The notes: generated from the sequence alone by a model not told the origin. 64,000 nt of DNA from Vampirovibrio chlorellavorus (GCA_001858525.1 LAPX01000009.1:3922-67921); one strand, 5' to 3'; shown: positions 1-10,728, counted from the stretch's first letter. Numbers and translations: made by a program.

Positions 1-873
1 TCGGGTTTTGAGTCTGGATTCCATTTGCTCTAAAGCCCAATGCAGGTGATCTTTGGATTGGTGAGAATAGCGAAACACCATTTGAATGCTCCGATGCCCT
101 GAAAAGCGCTGTACGGTGGGTAAATCCACCCCAGCCTGAACCAGGTGGGTGATGGCGGTATGGCGGAGGGTATGACGGCAGACCTGGTATCGATCCAGCC
201 CAGCGGCGGTGACGACTCGATAAAAGGGTTTCTCAATTTCTTCTCGATGTCCACTGATAGAGCGATTGGCCGGAAAAAGATAGGTCTGTCCCGGCTTGGT
301 TTGATACTGGAGATAGTGGGTGAGATAAGTGGTTAATCCGGCGGTCATGGGTTGCATGCGGGCGCCGCATTTGGCTTTGGGAATAAAGATTTCCTGTCGG
401 GCGCAATTAATATCTTCAATTTTGATAGAAAGAATCTCGGTTCGCCGCATGGCCGTTCCCAAGGCGATGCGGATGAAAGGTTCAATGACAGGGCACTCGT
501 CTTTTTGAGCGGCTTCAAGTAAAGCCTCGATTTCCCCGGCGTCCAGATAGCGGGTGCGGATGTTGTTTTCCCCGTATTTCACCACCCGGCAAGGCACTTT
601 CACCAGCCAATCCCATTCCACTGCCTTGTGGAAGAGTTGCGAGATCACGGCCAAGTATCTGTTAACGGTCGATTCCTTCAGCCCTTGGGCTAACAGATGA
701 CGCTTGAACCGTTCGATTTCAAACCGGTTGATTTCTGAAAGCGGCATATCCCCGAAATACGGGACAATCTGCTGCTCCAGCTTCTTTTTCTTGTCCGGGA
801 TGTTGCGTCCGTTCTCAAGCTCCAGGTTCTCCAAGTATTGTTCCGCTGCGTCCGTAAAGGTGGTGGGATGCAT
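1..873 (-). CDS. Tyrosine-type site-specific recombinase/integrase (phage integrase family), 3' end runs off the window
   Basis: Reverse-strand translation from ATG at 873 gives about 290 aa with C-terminal 'HTLRHT...VQRFSGH...RYSH' (R-H-R-Y catalytic signature). Adjacent to tRNA-Phe. Not in the ORF track because it is open at the window edge. Confidence 0.8.
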   Translation of the reverse strand, partial: MHPTTFTDAAEQYLENLELENGRNIPDKKKKLEQQIVPYFGDMPLSEINRFEIERFKRHLLAQGLKESTVNRYLAVISQLFHKAVEWDWLVKVPCRVVKYGENNIRTRYLDAGEIEALLEAAQKDECPVIEPFIRIALGTAMRRTEILSIKIEDINCARQEIFIPKAKCGARMQPMTAGLTTYLTHYLQYQTKPGQTYLFPANRSISGHREEIEKPFYRVVTAAGLDRYQVCRHTLRHTAITHLVQAGVDLPTVQRFSGHRSIQMVFRYSHQSKDHLHWALEQMESRLKTR

Positions 874-1063
874 TTTCGAGTTTCCTCCGCTTGCTGACAT
901 GAGGAATCGTGGCGGAGCGGAGGATTTTACGGAGCTGATCCCGAAGCAATCCTTACAAATCCTTGCGCACTACGGGGATAGCGGGGAAAGTCAGGCATTA
1001 AAAAACCCGCTACCTTGATAGCGGGTCCAAATTTTTGAGCGATATACAAAATATGTAAAAAAG

Positions 1064-1139
<76 letters not shown>

Positions 1140-1345
1140 TTGCAATCGAGAACAAGGCTATTAACTCCTAAAGACGGATACCTGTCAAGTCGACCTGCTC
1201 ATCTGAACGGCCAACTGATTTCTAACCGAGCCTTTCGCGTTAAAAAGCGCTAACAATAGCCCCATAGGGCGCTTTCATCTGCTAGTTGTCTGTGTGGTAT
1301 AGTAATAAAAACGGTTGTGATGGGTAAAAAAACTTGGGGGACATA

Positions 1346-1555
1346 ATGGAAGTGATGATTCTGCTGGCTTTGCCGTTGATTTTTTTATACATGCTGCCAA
1401 CCTGGGTGGCGCTGAGTTTCCGGCACCGGCATTTACCAGCATTAGCCACCTTGAATTTTCTGGCAGGCTGGAGTGTGGCCGGTTGGTTAGTTGCGTTGAT
1501 CTGGGCGCTGTGCCCGATGGCGCATGACAAGTACCAGCTATCACTCCATAGTTAA
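1346..1555 (+). CDS. Small membrane protein, superinfection-immunity (Imm_superinfect)-like
   Basis: Motif 'LPTWVALSFRHRH...LNFLAGWSVAGWLVALIWAL' matches the conserved core of the superinfection immunity family. ATG at 1346 is preceded by GGGGGA; the track ORF begins at an upstream TTG. Confidence 0.55.
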   Translation: MEVMILLALPLIFLYMLPTWVALSFRHRHLPALATLNFLAGWSVAGWLVALIWALCPMAHDKYQLSLHS

Positions 1556-1568
1556 CTCGGTAATGCTT

Positions 1569-2609
1569 CTATGCCTCAGAAGATGACCCTGCGTCTTCCG
1601 GGTCTTCGTTGCTTGGCAAGGGGAAAAGCTTTCGTACCAGCGTGATTAGCAAAAAAGCCAGCAGGAACATAACTGCCAGCGAAGCGATATAAATGGGCAG
1701 GTAGTTCACATACCACACGGAAATCAGCCCACCGACCACGCACAAACTGTAAAGGTAGGTCACTGTGCGAATCTGTCCCATGCCTGCCTTTAAAAACTGA
1801 TGATGGATGTGATCGGCATCCGCCAAAAAGGGATTTTTACCCCGAAGCAGCCGCCGGAACACCGAATAGGTAATGTCCAGAATGGGGACACTCAACACGA
1901 AAATGGGCAGTAACATTACCGCTACTTTGGTTTTTAAAACCCCGGTAACGGCTATACAAGCCAGTAAAAATCCGCAAAACAAGGCCCCACTGTCACCCAT
2001 AAAAATACGGGCCGGATGAAAATTGTAAACCAGAAAGCCCAGGCTTGATCCAGCCAACAATGCTGCCAACAAAGCGGAGGAGGGCTGGTTGGTGAATAAA
2101 GCCACCACCGTCAGCGTTAAGGCTGATAACGTGGTGACTCCAGCGGCAAGCCCGTCGATACCATCAATAAAATTCATGGCGTTCATCAGGCCCACCAGCC
2201 AAATCACGGTCACCGGCAAACTGAGAGCATTGAGGACCAACAGTTGCGCGCCCGGTAAATCCAGATTGTTGATTTGAATCCCCAAAAAGAATGCGGTCAG
2301 AGCGGCAATGAACTGAATGGCCAGCTTCAGGTAAGGCGATAGATTGAAAAGATCATCCAGCAGCCCCAATAAAAAAACGATGGTACCCCCCGCCAGAATA
2401 CCGAGCAATGCGTTGTGCAGCTCCGGTCTCCAGCCCAGCATAACAATGGCCCCCAGAGACAACATAAAAGCTAGCCAGATGGCAATGCCGCCCAGTCGCG
2501 GGATTGGGTACTTGTGAATCTTTCTGGCCCCGGGCGCATCGTAGTAACCGGCCGAAATGGCCTGCTTCCGCACAATCGGAACCAGAATGAAGCTGACCAT
2601 TAAGGCCAC
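1569..2609 (-). CDS. Undecaprenyl-phosphate sugar-1-phosphate transferase, MraY/WecA (GT4 polyprenyl-P transferase) family
   Basis: Multi-TM protein with 'DD..N' and 'NAMNFIDGIDGLA' motifs typical of WecA/TagO/MraY. Confidence 0.8.
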   Translation of the reverse strand: MALMVSFILVPIVRKQAISAGYYDAPGARKIHKYPIPRLGGIAIWLAFMLSLGAIVMLGWRPELHNALLGILAGGTIVFLLGLLDDLFNLSPYLKLAIQFIAALTAFFLGIQINNLDLPGAQLLVLNALSLPVTVIWLVGLMNAMNFIDGIDGLAAGVTTLSALTLTVVALFTNQPSSALLAALLAGSSLGFLVYNFHPARIFMGDSGALFCGFLLACIAVTGVLKTKVAVMLLPIFVLSVPILDITYSVFRRLLRGKNPFLADADHIHHQFLKAGMGQIRTVTYLYSLCVVGGLISVWYVNYLPIYIASLAVMFLLAFLLITLVRKLFPLPSNEDPEDAGSSSEA

Positions 2610-2658
2610 GATAAAACCAATCGCATCGATTAAGAAGGGCGAGTTGGTATCTTCCAGC

Positions 2659-3939
2659 TTAATGATGGCTGAGCGCCTCCCGTTTCAGGTTTGTTCCCAG
2701 TTCCGGATACAGGGGAAACTGTTGACTCAAAGCCTGTACTTCCTTAACCAGAGTCTCTATATTTTCACCCTTTTTCAGCGCTTCGGCAATAATTTGTCCC
2801 AATTTGCGCATGGCTGCCTCATCAAAGCCCCGGCTGGTCAGGGCAGGCGTGCCCAAACGAATACCACTGGTGATGAAAGGCGACTGGGGATCGTTGGGAA
2901 TGGTGTTTTTATTGGCCGTGATATGAATCTCTTCCAGCAAGTTTTGTGCCGCTTTGCCCGTCAGGTTGACGTTGCGCAAATCCAGCATCATCAAGTGATT
3001 GTCGGTACCGCCGCTCACAATATTAATGCCGTTCCCCATCAGAGATTCGGCCAGAGCCTTGGCATTGGCGATGACTTGCTTGGAGTAGACCTTAAATTCA
3101 GGAGACAGTGCCTCTTTAAAGGCCACCGCCTTGGCCGCAATGACGTGCATCAGCGGACCACCTTGAATGCCGGGGAATACGGCCTTGTCCACGGCCTTGG
3201 CAAAGTCGGCCTGACACAAGATGAGGCCGCCACGAGGGCCACGCAGCGTCTTATGAGTGGTGGTGGTGACAAACTGGCAGTGCGGAATCGGGCTGGGATG
3301 CAAGCCACTGACCACCAAACCGGCGATGTGGGCAATATCGGCCAGCAACAGAGCGCCCACTTCATCGGCAATGGACCGGAATTTGGCAAAATCAATGACG
3401 CGGGAGTAAGCGCTGGCCCCGCAGATGATCAGTTTGGGTTTTTCCCGTAAGGCAATTTCCCGAACATTGTCGTAGTCAATCATCCCGGTATCAGGATTAA
3501 CGCCGTAAGCTACCACCCGGAAAAACAGCCCGGAGAAGTTGACGGGCGAACCGTGGGTCAAGTGCCCGCCGTGAGACAGGTCCATACCCATGATGGTGTC
3601 GCCAGATTTTAATCCTGCGGCCAGAAACACGGCCATGTTGGCTTGAGCGCCACTGTGCGGTTGCACATTGGCGTGATCGGCCCCAAACAATTCCTTGGCC
3701 CGGGCAATGGCGATTTCCTCAGCGGTATCCACATGCTCACAGCCGCCATAGTAGCGTTTGCCGGGCAAGCCTTCAGCGTATTTGTTGGTCAGCACACTGC
3801 CCATGGCCTGCATGACCGCCAGACTGGTAAAGTTTTCGCTGGCAATCATTTCCAGGGTATTTTGCTCCCGGTGCAGCTCGTCCACAACGGTTTGATAAAT
3901 CTCGGGGTCGGTCTGCTGCAGCAAGTCGAGGTTCAGCAT
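2659..3939 (-). CDS. glyA: Serine hydroxymethyltransferase
   Basis: Full-length match to the GlyA pattern (IASENFTS...[17 protein letters not shown]...[13 protein letters not shown]). Confidence 0.95.
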   Translation of the reverse strand: MLNLDLLQQTDPEIYQTVVDELHREQNTLEMIASENFTSLAVMQAMGSVLTNKYAEGLPGKRYYGGCEHVDTAEEIAIARAKELFGADHANVQPHSGAQANMAVFLAAGLKSGDTIMGMDLSHGGHLTHGSPVNFSGLFFRVVAYGVNPDTGMIDYDNVREIALREKPKLIICGASAYSRVIDFAKFRSIADEVGALLLADIAHIAGLVVSGLHPSPIPHCQFVTTTTHKTLRGPRGGLILCQADFAKAVDKAVFPGIQGGPLMHVIAAKAVAFKEALSPEFKVYSKQVIANAKALAESLMGNGINIVSGGTDNHLMMLDLRNVNLTGKAAQNLLEEIHITANKNTIPNDPQSPFITSGIRLGTPALTSRGFDEAAMRKLGQIIAEALKKGENIETLVKEVQALSQQFPLYPELGTNLKREALSHH

Positions 3940-4460
3940 GATGGCATCTCCTTTGGAACGCTGTTAGAAGCGTTCATTCTCGTATTATCAAACTTTTTAA
4001 TATCAATCTGGGGGTCACTCATCATATCCACCCGTTTTTGATGACGGCCACCGTCAAAAGGCGTTTCCAGCCATTCATCGATGAGTGTAAAAGCCAATTC
4101 AGCGGCCAGAACCCGTGCGCCCAGGCAAAGCACGTTGCTATCATTGTGGCGACGGCTCAGAATAGCCGTATTATGGTCGTGGGCCTCAGTCGCCCGAATC
4201 CAGGGGTAACGGTTGGCGGCAATGCAGACCCCAATACCACTGCCACAGCACAAAATGCCGTAATGGGTCTGCTCAGGAGCCTCTTGCTGGATGCATTGCA
4301 CGGCCTGGGCCAGCTGGGCGGAAATGCTCGGGTAATCAACCGAGTCCCCATTGTGACAACCGATGTCAATAATCTCAAACCCTTTGCCGCGTAAATGTTC
4401 AGCGATTTTTTCCTTCAGGGGAAAGCCGGCATGATCGGAACCCAGAACCAGTTTTTTCAT
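3933..4460 (-). CDS. rpiB: Ribose-5-phosphate isomerase B (RpiB/LacAB family)
   Basis: N-terminus '[14 protein letters not shown]' and CGSGIG active-site region. The 3' end overlaps the glyA start by 7 nt. Confidence 0.85.
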   Translation of the reverse strand: MKKLVLGSDHAGFPLKEKIAEHLRGKGFEIIDIGCHNGDSVDYPSISAQLAQAVQCIQQEAPEQTHYGILCCGSGIGVCIAANRYPWIRATEAHDHNTAILSRRHNDSNVLCLGARVLAAELAFTLIDEWLETPFDGGRHQKRVDMMSDPQIDIKKFDNTRMNASNSVPKEMPSC

Positions 4461-4521
4461 GTAAATCTAGCGACCTTTATGTGCAACCGATGGCAATAGG
4501 TGGGGGAAACCTGAAACGCCG

Positions 4522-5100
4522 TTAGTCTAACACAATAGCCCCACTTCTTAAAAGTTGTATCTCATCATTGGGCTTAACCCAAACCACGGTAGGGGCCACA
4601 CTTTCCAGAATCTCCACGTCCCCATGCACCACAAAATCGACATCATCCCCAAAAGTGTTGTAAACCGCAGTGGCCTCTCTGGCCGGAGGGTCTGTGCCAC
4701 GAGCGGCTCCCAAAGTTAACAGCAATCCGGTGGGGTTGAGTGACAACAAGTCCAGTAGCATGGCATTGTCCGGTTGCATGATTTTGAGGGAGCACAACGG
4801 GCTGAATTCTTCCGGCAATTGTTTACATTTTTCCAGCAAAATAATCAGCGGTCCCGGCCAGTGCTGCCGGATGAGCCGCTCGGCCTCAGTGGGCAATGGC
4901 GCAATAAAGGGATCGAACGCTGGTAAATCCCATCCCATAAGTAATAAAGGTTCTGAGTGTCCCTTGAGGCGGTAAAGGCGTTCCAGGGCGGCCGGGCGAT
5001 CCGGCCTGACTGCCAGAATATAGCCCTCCGGGCCGGGCAGCGCAATCAGTCCGTCCGGCTTTTCCAAATAAGACAAGGCATTCAGCAAAGTCAAATCCAT
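4522..5100 (-). CDS. tsaC: L-threonylcarbamoyladenylate synthase (YrdC/Sua5/TsaC family)
   Basis: YrdC-domain-like sequence of about 190 aa; assignment by family resemblance. Confidence 0.65.
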   Translation of the reverse strand: MDLTLLNALSYLEKPDGLIALPGPEGYILAVRPDRPAALERLYRLKGHSEPLLLMGWDLPAFDPFIAPLPTEAERLIRQHWPGPLIILLEKCKQLPEEFSPLCSLKIMQPDNAMLLDLLSLNPTGLLLTLGAARGTDPPAREATAVYNTFGDDVDFVVHGDVEILESVAPTVVWVKPNDEIQLLRSGAIVLD

Positions 5101-5335
5101 ACTCTTATTTTACCCTTGTTGGGCAAAGCCAAACGGGTGAAGGGGCATGACATTTAATAGGAAATGAGTAGGTCGCACTAAATACGTGCTTTTCGGCGTT
5201 AAATGGGTTGGTGGCGGGTTGTTCCACACCCATTCTACGAACGGCCCTTAAAGGGCGGGGCTTAACAAAATCCCGATTTTTCCGTAGCATAGAGCTATTG
5301 ATTGTGATTATTACGCGTTGCGCAGAGAGTTCCCA

Positions 5336-6349
5336 ATGTCCGAGAAAACCAGGTTATTGATTACCGGCGGCTGTGGCTTTATTGGCAGCTGGTTGATTCG
5401 TCACTTGCTTCAACAGCATGCCGATATCCAGATTACCAACCTGGATTTACTGACCTATGCGGGCAATCCGGACAACCTGAAATCAGTGGCGTCCGATGAG
5501 CGGTACCGATTTGTGCAGGGTGATATTTGCGATGAAGCGTTGGTGTCTCGCCTGATGGCAGAGACCGATGTTTGCGTGAACGTGGCGGCCCAAACCCATG
5601 TGGACCGCAGTATTAGCGGGCCCAGCGAGTTTATTCGCACCAATGTGTGGGGCACACAAGTCCTCCTGGAAGCGGCCAGACTGCGGGCCGTCCAGAAGTT
5701 CGTGCAGGTTTCCACCGATGAGGTGTATGGCAGCATCGAAGGCACGGCCAAGTTTACCGAAGCCTCGCCGCTAGAGCCCAGCAGCCCTTACTCCTCCAGC
5801 AAGGCAGCCGCCGATCTCATCGCCCTTAGCTATTGGAAAACCTACCAGATGCCGGTTTGCGTGACCCGTTGTACCAACAACTACGGCCCCAACCAGTACC
5901 CGGAGAAGTTGATTCCCCTGTTTATCCTGAACGCCTCGGAGAACAAGCAGGTGCCCGTTTACGGGGATGGCTTGAACGTGCGGGACTGGATTCACGTCAA
6001 GGATCACAGCGCCGGGGTGGCCCGGGTGATTTGGGACGGTCGTCCCGGGGAAGTGTACAACCTTGGTTCGGGCAATGAACTGAACAACCTGCAAATCACG
6101 GGCCTCATTCTCAAGGCATTGGGCAAAGATGAGAGCCTGATTCGTTTTGTCACTGACCGACCGGGGCACGATCGGCGCTATGCGCTGGATTCTGGAAAAA
6201 TCGAGCGAGTGTTGGGCTGGAAAGCACAAATTCCTTTTGAGCAAGGTATGGCGGAAACAGTGCAATGGTACCTGGATAATCCCCAATGGGTGGCCAATGT
6301 GCGCCAGCGGGAACCGCAAAGTCCCTTTGCCAGCGCTGCTGCTCAGTAG
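5336..6349 (+). CDS. rfbB: dTDP-glucose 4,6-dehydratase
   Basis: Rossmann 'TGGCGFIGS', a YSSSK catalytic region and the typical RmlB C-terminus. ATG at 5336; the track ORF starts at an upstream TTG. Confidence 0.9.
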   Translation: MSEKTRLLITGGCGFIGSWLIRHLLQQHADIQITNLDLLTYAGNPDNLKSVASDERYRFVQGDICDEALVSRLMAETDVCVNVAAQTHVDRSISGPSEFIRTNVWGTQVLLEAARLRAVQKFVQVSTDEVYGSIEGTAKFTEASPLEPSSPYSSSKAAADLIALSYWKTYQMPVCVTRCTNNYGPNQYPEKLIPLFILNASENKQVPVYGDGLNVRDWIHVKDHSAGVARVIWDGRPGEVYNLGSGNELNNLQITGLILKALGKDESLIRFVTDRPGHDRRYALDSGKIERVLGWKAQIPFEQGMAETVQWYLDNPQWVANVRQREPQSPFASAAAQ

Positions 6350-6382
6350 CCGATGACCATTCTGTGAAGGAACTGATGCGTT

Positions 6383-7240
6383 ATGGGTTTTAAGAACATT
6401 GTGGTGGTTGGTGCTGCCGGGATGCTGGGCCAGGAATTGGTCACTCACCTGCGTGGGAAAGGCTATCAAGTGTTTCCCACCACCAGCGAGACCCTAAATT
6501 TGTTGGTCACCGAAGAGGAGATGAAGGAAAAGCTGGAGCCTTTCCAGCCGGAAGTGGTCATTCAATGTGCCGCCTTCACCAATGTGGACGCATGCGAAAG
6601 AGATCCAGACATGGCGATGGCTATCAATAAGGACGGAACAAACAAACTGGGCTTGGCCAGTCAGCATTTGGGCGCCATTTTCGCCTACATTAGCACCGAT
6701 TACGTGTTTGACGGCCTGAAGTCCGAGCCTTATTTACCGGGTGATCGACCCAACCCCATTAACACTTACGGCTTGTCCAAGTACTATGGCGAGTTACTGA
6801 CCTCTGAGCAACTGGAAGCGTATTACGTCATCCGCACCAGTTGGCTGTTTGGCATCCATCGCAACAACTTTGTGCAATGGGTGATGGATCAGGCACGTCA
6901 GGGGAAAGAAGTGAAGGCCGCCGAGGACTGGGTGGGCACTCCCACCTGGACTGGAAATCTGGCCGTGGCCATTGAAACCATCATCAATTCCGGGCAATAT
7001 GGCGTGCACCATGCCGCCGATGCCGGGGCCATTTCCCGGTACGAGCAAGCTTTGCACATTTGCCGGATGGCGGGCCTGCCCACCGATAGCATTCGTCGGG
7101 TCCATAGCAGTGAGCTTGGATTGCCTGCTAATCGTCCTCAGTACACCCCGCTGGCCTGTCCGGACTTGGCTGTTCCGTCCTGGGAAACCGGGTTTCAGGC
7201 TTATTTATCCCAGTATCAGCAACAAACAAGGGTATTGTGA
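6383..7240 (+). CDS. rfbD: dTDP-4-dehydrorhamnose reductase
   Basis: The RmlD pattern (VVGAAGMLG...YISTDYVFDG...YGLSK) is present. Confidence 0.85.
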   Translation: MGFKNIVVVGAAGMLGQELVTHLRGKGYQVFPTTSETLNLLVTEEEMKEKLEPFQPEVVIQCAAFTNVDACERDPDMAMAINKDGTNKLGLASQHLGAIFAYISTDYVFDGLKSEPYLPGDRPNPINTYGLSKYYGELLTSEQLEAYYVIRTSWLFGIHRNNFVQWVMDQARQGKEVKAAEDWVGTPTWTGNLAVAIETIINSGQYGVHHAADAGAISRYEQALHICRMAGLPTDSIRRVHSSELGLPANRPQYTPLACPDLAVPSWETGFQAYLSQYQQQTRVL

Positions 7241-7248
7241 ACCCCGCC

Positions 7249-8541
7249 ATGAAAAAACGCGCCTCCGCTTCTTCTAAATCCACCAGCAAATCCGCCAGTG
7301 CCTCGTCCAAAAAGAAAAAAAGTGCGGGTAAACCGGCGAAGGCGGTGTCGTCTAAAGCGTCTACCAAAGGAAAATCCGGGAAGGCCCCCAAGAAACCCTC
7401 GGATTTGACCCCCAGAGTCCTGATTTCTGGGTATTACGGCTTTGATAACCTGGGCGATGAGCTGATTTTAAAAGTGCTGGTGGATGAGTTAAAGGAACGA
7501 GGCGTTAAAATTACCGTTCTGTCCCAGAACCCCAAGAAAACCGCCGCCCAATACGGGGTGGATGCCATCAAGCGCACCAGTTTTATCGATATTGTGGATG
7601 CCCTGGCCTCGGCCAACCTGTTCATCAGCGGTGGCGGGGGATTGTTCCAGGATGCCACCGGACCCATGAGCACGCTTTATTATGGTGGCCTGATTCATCT
7701 GGCTCGTTTTTTCGATGTGCCGGTGGTGTTTTGGGCCCAAGGCGTTGGCCCCCTGCGAAAGTCGCTTTCCAGAAAGATGACCGCTTCCGCTTTGCGTAAA
7801 TGCGAAAAAATTGCGGTGCGCGATGAAAAGAGTGCCCTGCTGGTGGCGGAACTCACCGGAGAAAAACCGGAGATTACCGCTGATCCGGTGTGGTTGCTCA
7901 GAAACGCTTTTACCAAGAGCCTCCCTAGCTTGCCTCCAACGGGCAAGTCTAAAAAATCATCCGAAACCCAGAATGCTGCCAGCTCCTGCGACGCCACGTC
8001 CTCCAAGGTGTGGACGGTGGGTATTTCTCTGCGGCCTTGGCACGAGCTGACCGCTGAACGCTTGAGTGCTTTGGCCGACTGCTTAAATGCCTTGGCCCAG
8101 CAACATGAAGATTCGGTTTGCTTCAAGCTGCTGCCCTTCCAGAAAAAAGAAGATACCGAGTTATTGGAAAACTTTGCCAAACAGCTGAAAGCAACCAGCC
8201 GGGTTTCGGTGACCATAGTTTCCCCAGAGGAGGTTCTGGAAAGCCTGGCCGGCTGCGATGTGGTATTGGGCATGCGATTCCATAGCCTGATTTTGGGCCT
8301 GCTGTTTAATGTTCCCGTCTATGGGCTGGTCTACGATCCCAAAGTGGCCTCTCTGCTGAGCATGTTTAACCTAAAGGGAACCACCATTGCCGGGCTTAAA
8401 GCCATTAGCCCCGATGCGGTCAAAGCGGCCTTTGATGATTATCCAAAGATAGACTTGAAACCCTTTCAGCAGCAATCCAGAAAAAACCTGACCCTTCTGG
8501 AGCGCTTACTGGATATTCCAGCGGCCAAGCTGGCCCTCTAG
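7249..8541 (+). CDS. csaB: Polysaccharide pyruvyl transferase CsaB-like, with a roughly 55-aa Lys/Ser-rich N-terminal extension
   Basis: PS_pyruv_trans hallmarks are present ('ISGYYGFDNLGDELIL', 'FISGGGGLFQD', 'LGMRFHSLI'). The stop/start overlaps rfbD; ATG at 7249 (track ORF from GTG 7237). Confidence 0.7.
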   Translation: MKKRASASSKSTSKSASASSKKKKSAGKPAKAVSSKASTKGKSGKAPKKPSDLTPRVLISGYYGFDNLGDELILKVLVDELKERGVKITVLSQNPKKTAAQYGVDAIKRTSFIDIVDALASANLFISGGGGLFQDATGPMSTLYYGGLIHLARFFDVPVVFWAQGVGPLRKSLSRKMTASALRKCEKIAVRDEKSALLVAELTGEKPEITADPVWLLRNAFTKSLPSLPPTGKSKKSSETQNAASSCDATSSKVWTVGISLRPWHELTAERLSALADCLNALAQQHEDSVCFKLLPFQKKEDTELLENFAKQLKATSRVSVTIVSPEEVLESLAGCDVVLGMRFHSLILGLLFNVPVYGLVYDPKVASLLSMFNLKGTTIAGLKAISPDAVKAAFDDYPKIDLKPFQQQSRKNLTLLERLLDIPAAKLAL

Positions 8542-8736
8542 GTAGAAGCGTCGCTTAATCCGACCTGGATGGCTGGTTCAGGCGGCTTTGTTTTGCTCGC
8601 ATCAACCCGCATCAAAGGGATTTGCGCCTAAAATAATTGCACATTCTGTGATTTTGAATTAATTTGGTAATGTTTGGTTCGTCACTTTCGATTTTTGGTT
8701 TGATGGGTCCTAAATTTTAAACGGGAATTTTTTGAG

Positions 8737-9225
8737 ATGATGGATTTTACGGGAGTTTCACTCTACCCGGTTGCGGATACTGCCGAGAAAAGAAAATCAG
8801 AGACGGTTAAGTCAGAGATGATGAAGGCCGATGCGTCCTCCCCTTTTATGAATCGCCCTGCGGTGAGTGCCCCGCAGACGACTGCCGTCAATCCATTTCA
8901 ATTCTATCAACCCCTTCAGCAGGATGCTTCCACCTTTCGTTTCAAGGAACCCCTGGCTCCCCCGAATCCCAATTTGCCGCAATCGGCCCAGACCCAAGTG
9001 ACGCCCTTGGGTTTGCTGCCTGCCAATTTGTCTCAACTGGTCAATGCCAATATGGAAAAGCTGGCCGGACAGATTATGAGCTTCTTTAACGGCAATCGTA
9101 AGCAGAAACCCAGTGAGGAAGAGCAGTTGAACCGACAGCTCAACGACGCCTTTGGCCTGGGTTTGTTTGGAGAAGTGGTTAAAGTGGAAGAAACCAGCAA
9201 AGGTCAAATGCAGGAAGGCGAATAG
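8737..9225 (+). CDS. Hypothetical protein (Pro/Gln-rich, no recognised domain)
   Basis: Plain ORF with ordinary composition; no family recognised. Confidence 0.4.
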   Translation: MMDFTGVSLYPVADTAEKRKSETVKSEMMKADASSPFMNRPAVSAPQTTAVNPFQFYQPLQQDASTFRFKEPLAPPNPNLPQSAQTQVTPLGLLPANLSQLVNANMEKLAGQIMSFFNGNRKQKPSEEEQLNRQLNDAFGLGLFGEVVKVEETSKGQMQEGE

Positions 9226-9263
9226 CCCCCAGACGGCCCACTCCAGCGCGCATGGCTGATGAA

Positions 9264-9647
9264 CTAAAGCTTGGAGACCACAAAGAAGCTGGTCACGTAA
9301 TTTAAAAGGCGGCAGGCCAGAAATAACAGGCCCGCGTTCTTGTGGAAAACCCGGCTCACTTCCCGCCCTTTGGCCAAGCGTATGCCGGTGCCGATTTGAA
9401 CAAAGTACAAAACCAGCATGAAGGCGGACACCATAACGTGAAAGTAAAGCAGGCCTTCATCTGCGCCAGTGCTAATATTTTTTTGCAAGGTGGCAATGGC
9501 CTGTCGGCTTAATTCGATGTAGAGCAACAGCCCAAAATCAATGAGAAAGGCCAAACTCATCAGCGGGATATGAACGGCCCGCTGCTTCTTGAACTTCCAG
9601 CCAACCAAAATTAGCAGTACTGCCAGTGTGGAAATCGCTATCAACAT
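9264..9647 (-). CDS. DUF420 family membrane protein (YozB-like)
   Basis: Four predicted TM segments; the 'LIAIS..AVL...GWK.KK.R..H' N-terminal pattern matches Bacillus YozB/DUF420. Confidence 0.6.
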   Translation of the reverse strand: MLIAISTLAVLLILVGWKFKKQRAVHIPLMSLAFLIDFGLLLYIELSRQAIATLQKNISTGADEGLLYFHVMVSAFMLVLYFVQIGTGIRLAKGREVSRVFHKNAGLLFLACRLLNYVTSFFVVSKL

Positions 9648-9709
9648 AGTGGCATTCTAGGGGAAGCGTTGTATATCCGCAAGTCAGTCCGGGATTTTGC
9701 TTTTCAGGA

Positions 9710-10570
9710 TTACTTGGGCGCTCTTTTCAAGCAAAAAAACAGGCCCAGTAAGGCAAAGTGGGGGAGCATAAAGACTTTGCGCAAGGCACTGGGGCAGCTG
9801 ATTCTTTTCAAGAAGTTGTGGACTTTGGTGAATGGCCAGGCCAGATGACGCACCCAGCTTTTTTCCAGGGCGTTCTTGGCATCAACCAGCCGTTGCAATA
9901 GCTTATAGCCTCTGCTGTTCTTGGCCTTATCGCTGACCTGGAACCTGTTGTGCAATTTCAGGTTATTTTCATAATCATGAGCCCCTTCTTTCAAGGGAAA
10001 CAGGGAGCCGACAAAAGTGTTCCAACGGGAGGCTAGTTCATCGACCGAAACGGTTTTCTTGTTCCAGTGGTTGGCGATTTCTTCAGCCCGCACGGCAGGA
10101 TGTTGTTTGAGGCTGGCATCCTTGGTGTAGTTTTCCAGAGCCTTATCGCCTTTTTTGCTTAAATAGCCAGCCACCGGTATACCCAAAATGCCCAAGGCCC
10201 AGCCCACCACCGGAATGGTAAACAGGGCGGGGAAAATAACACCCGTGCCATATTTGTTGACGAAAGCCTTGGCCACCTGGGGGTTGTTTTCGTTGCTAAA
10301 GTGGCTGCGCAAGGTTTGCCAGGCCGTTTTAAAGGAGATGCCACTGGCGTTCCCTCCGCCAAACTGAACGGGTACTGGTCTGGCCGCTCCAGTCCGGACG
10401 GCTATGCCAGTCAGGTTGCGCGGCTGATACAGCGGTAGTGGAGGAATGCGAGTGGGTGTGGCTTTCACGAGGACCCTTCTGACCTGACAACGGACTTGAT
10501 GACATTCATACGATTGCATCGACTGTGGGTATAAAACCGGAAAATACACTTTGTTGACGTTAATTATCAC
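9710..10570 (-). CDS. Hypothetical protein with a central hydrophobic segment
   Basis: ORF only; the true start is probably internal. Confidence 0.4.
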   Translation of the reverse strand: MIINVNKVYFPVLYPQSMQSYECHQVRCQVRRVLVKATPTRIPPLPLYQPRNLTGIAVRTGAARPVPVQFGGGNASGISFKTAWQTLRSHFSNENNPQVAKAFVNKYGTGVIFPALFTIPVVGWALGILGIPVAGYLSKKGDKALENYTKDASLKQHPAVRAEEIANHWNKKTVSVDELASRWNTFVGSLFPLKEGAHDYENNLKLHNRFQVSDKAKNSRGYKLLQRLVDAKNALEKSWVRHLAWPFTKVHNFLKRISCPSALRKVFMLPHFALLGLFFCLKRAPK

Positions 10571-10728
10571 AAAATATTACAAAAGTTTTCGATTATTACG
10601 AATACCCTCAAGTTTTTGATCACTTTTTCGATAAGGAATTAATACCAATGGTGTATTCGATATATTTAGCATTTAAGTGAATTAGGAGTTTGTTTTCGTA
10701 GGAAGCGAGATACAACGAGGAACGAGAT

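Noticed and set aside
2557-3450. 297-aa ORF on the plus strand
   Set aside because: Entirely antisense to the well-supported glyA; no family resemblance. Its amino-acid bias is typical of antisense frames in GC-moderate genes.
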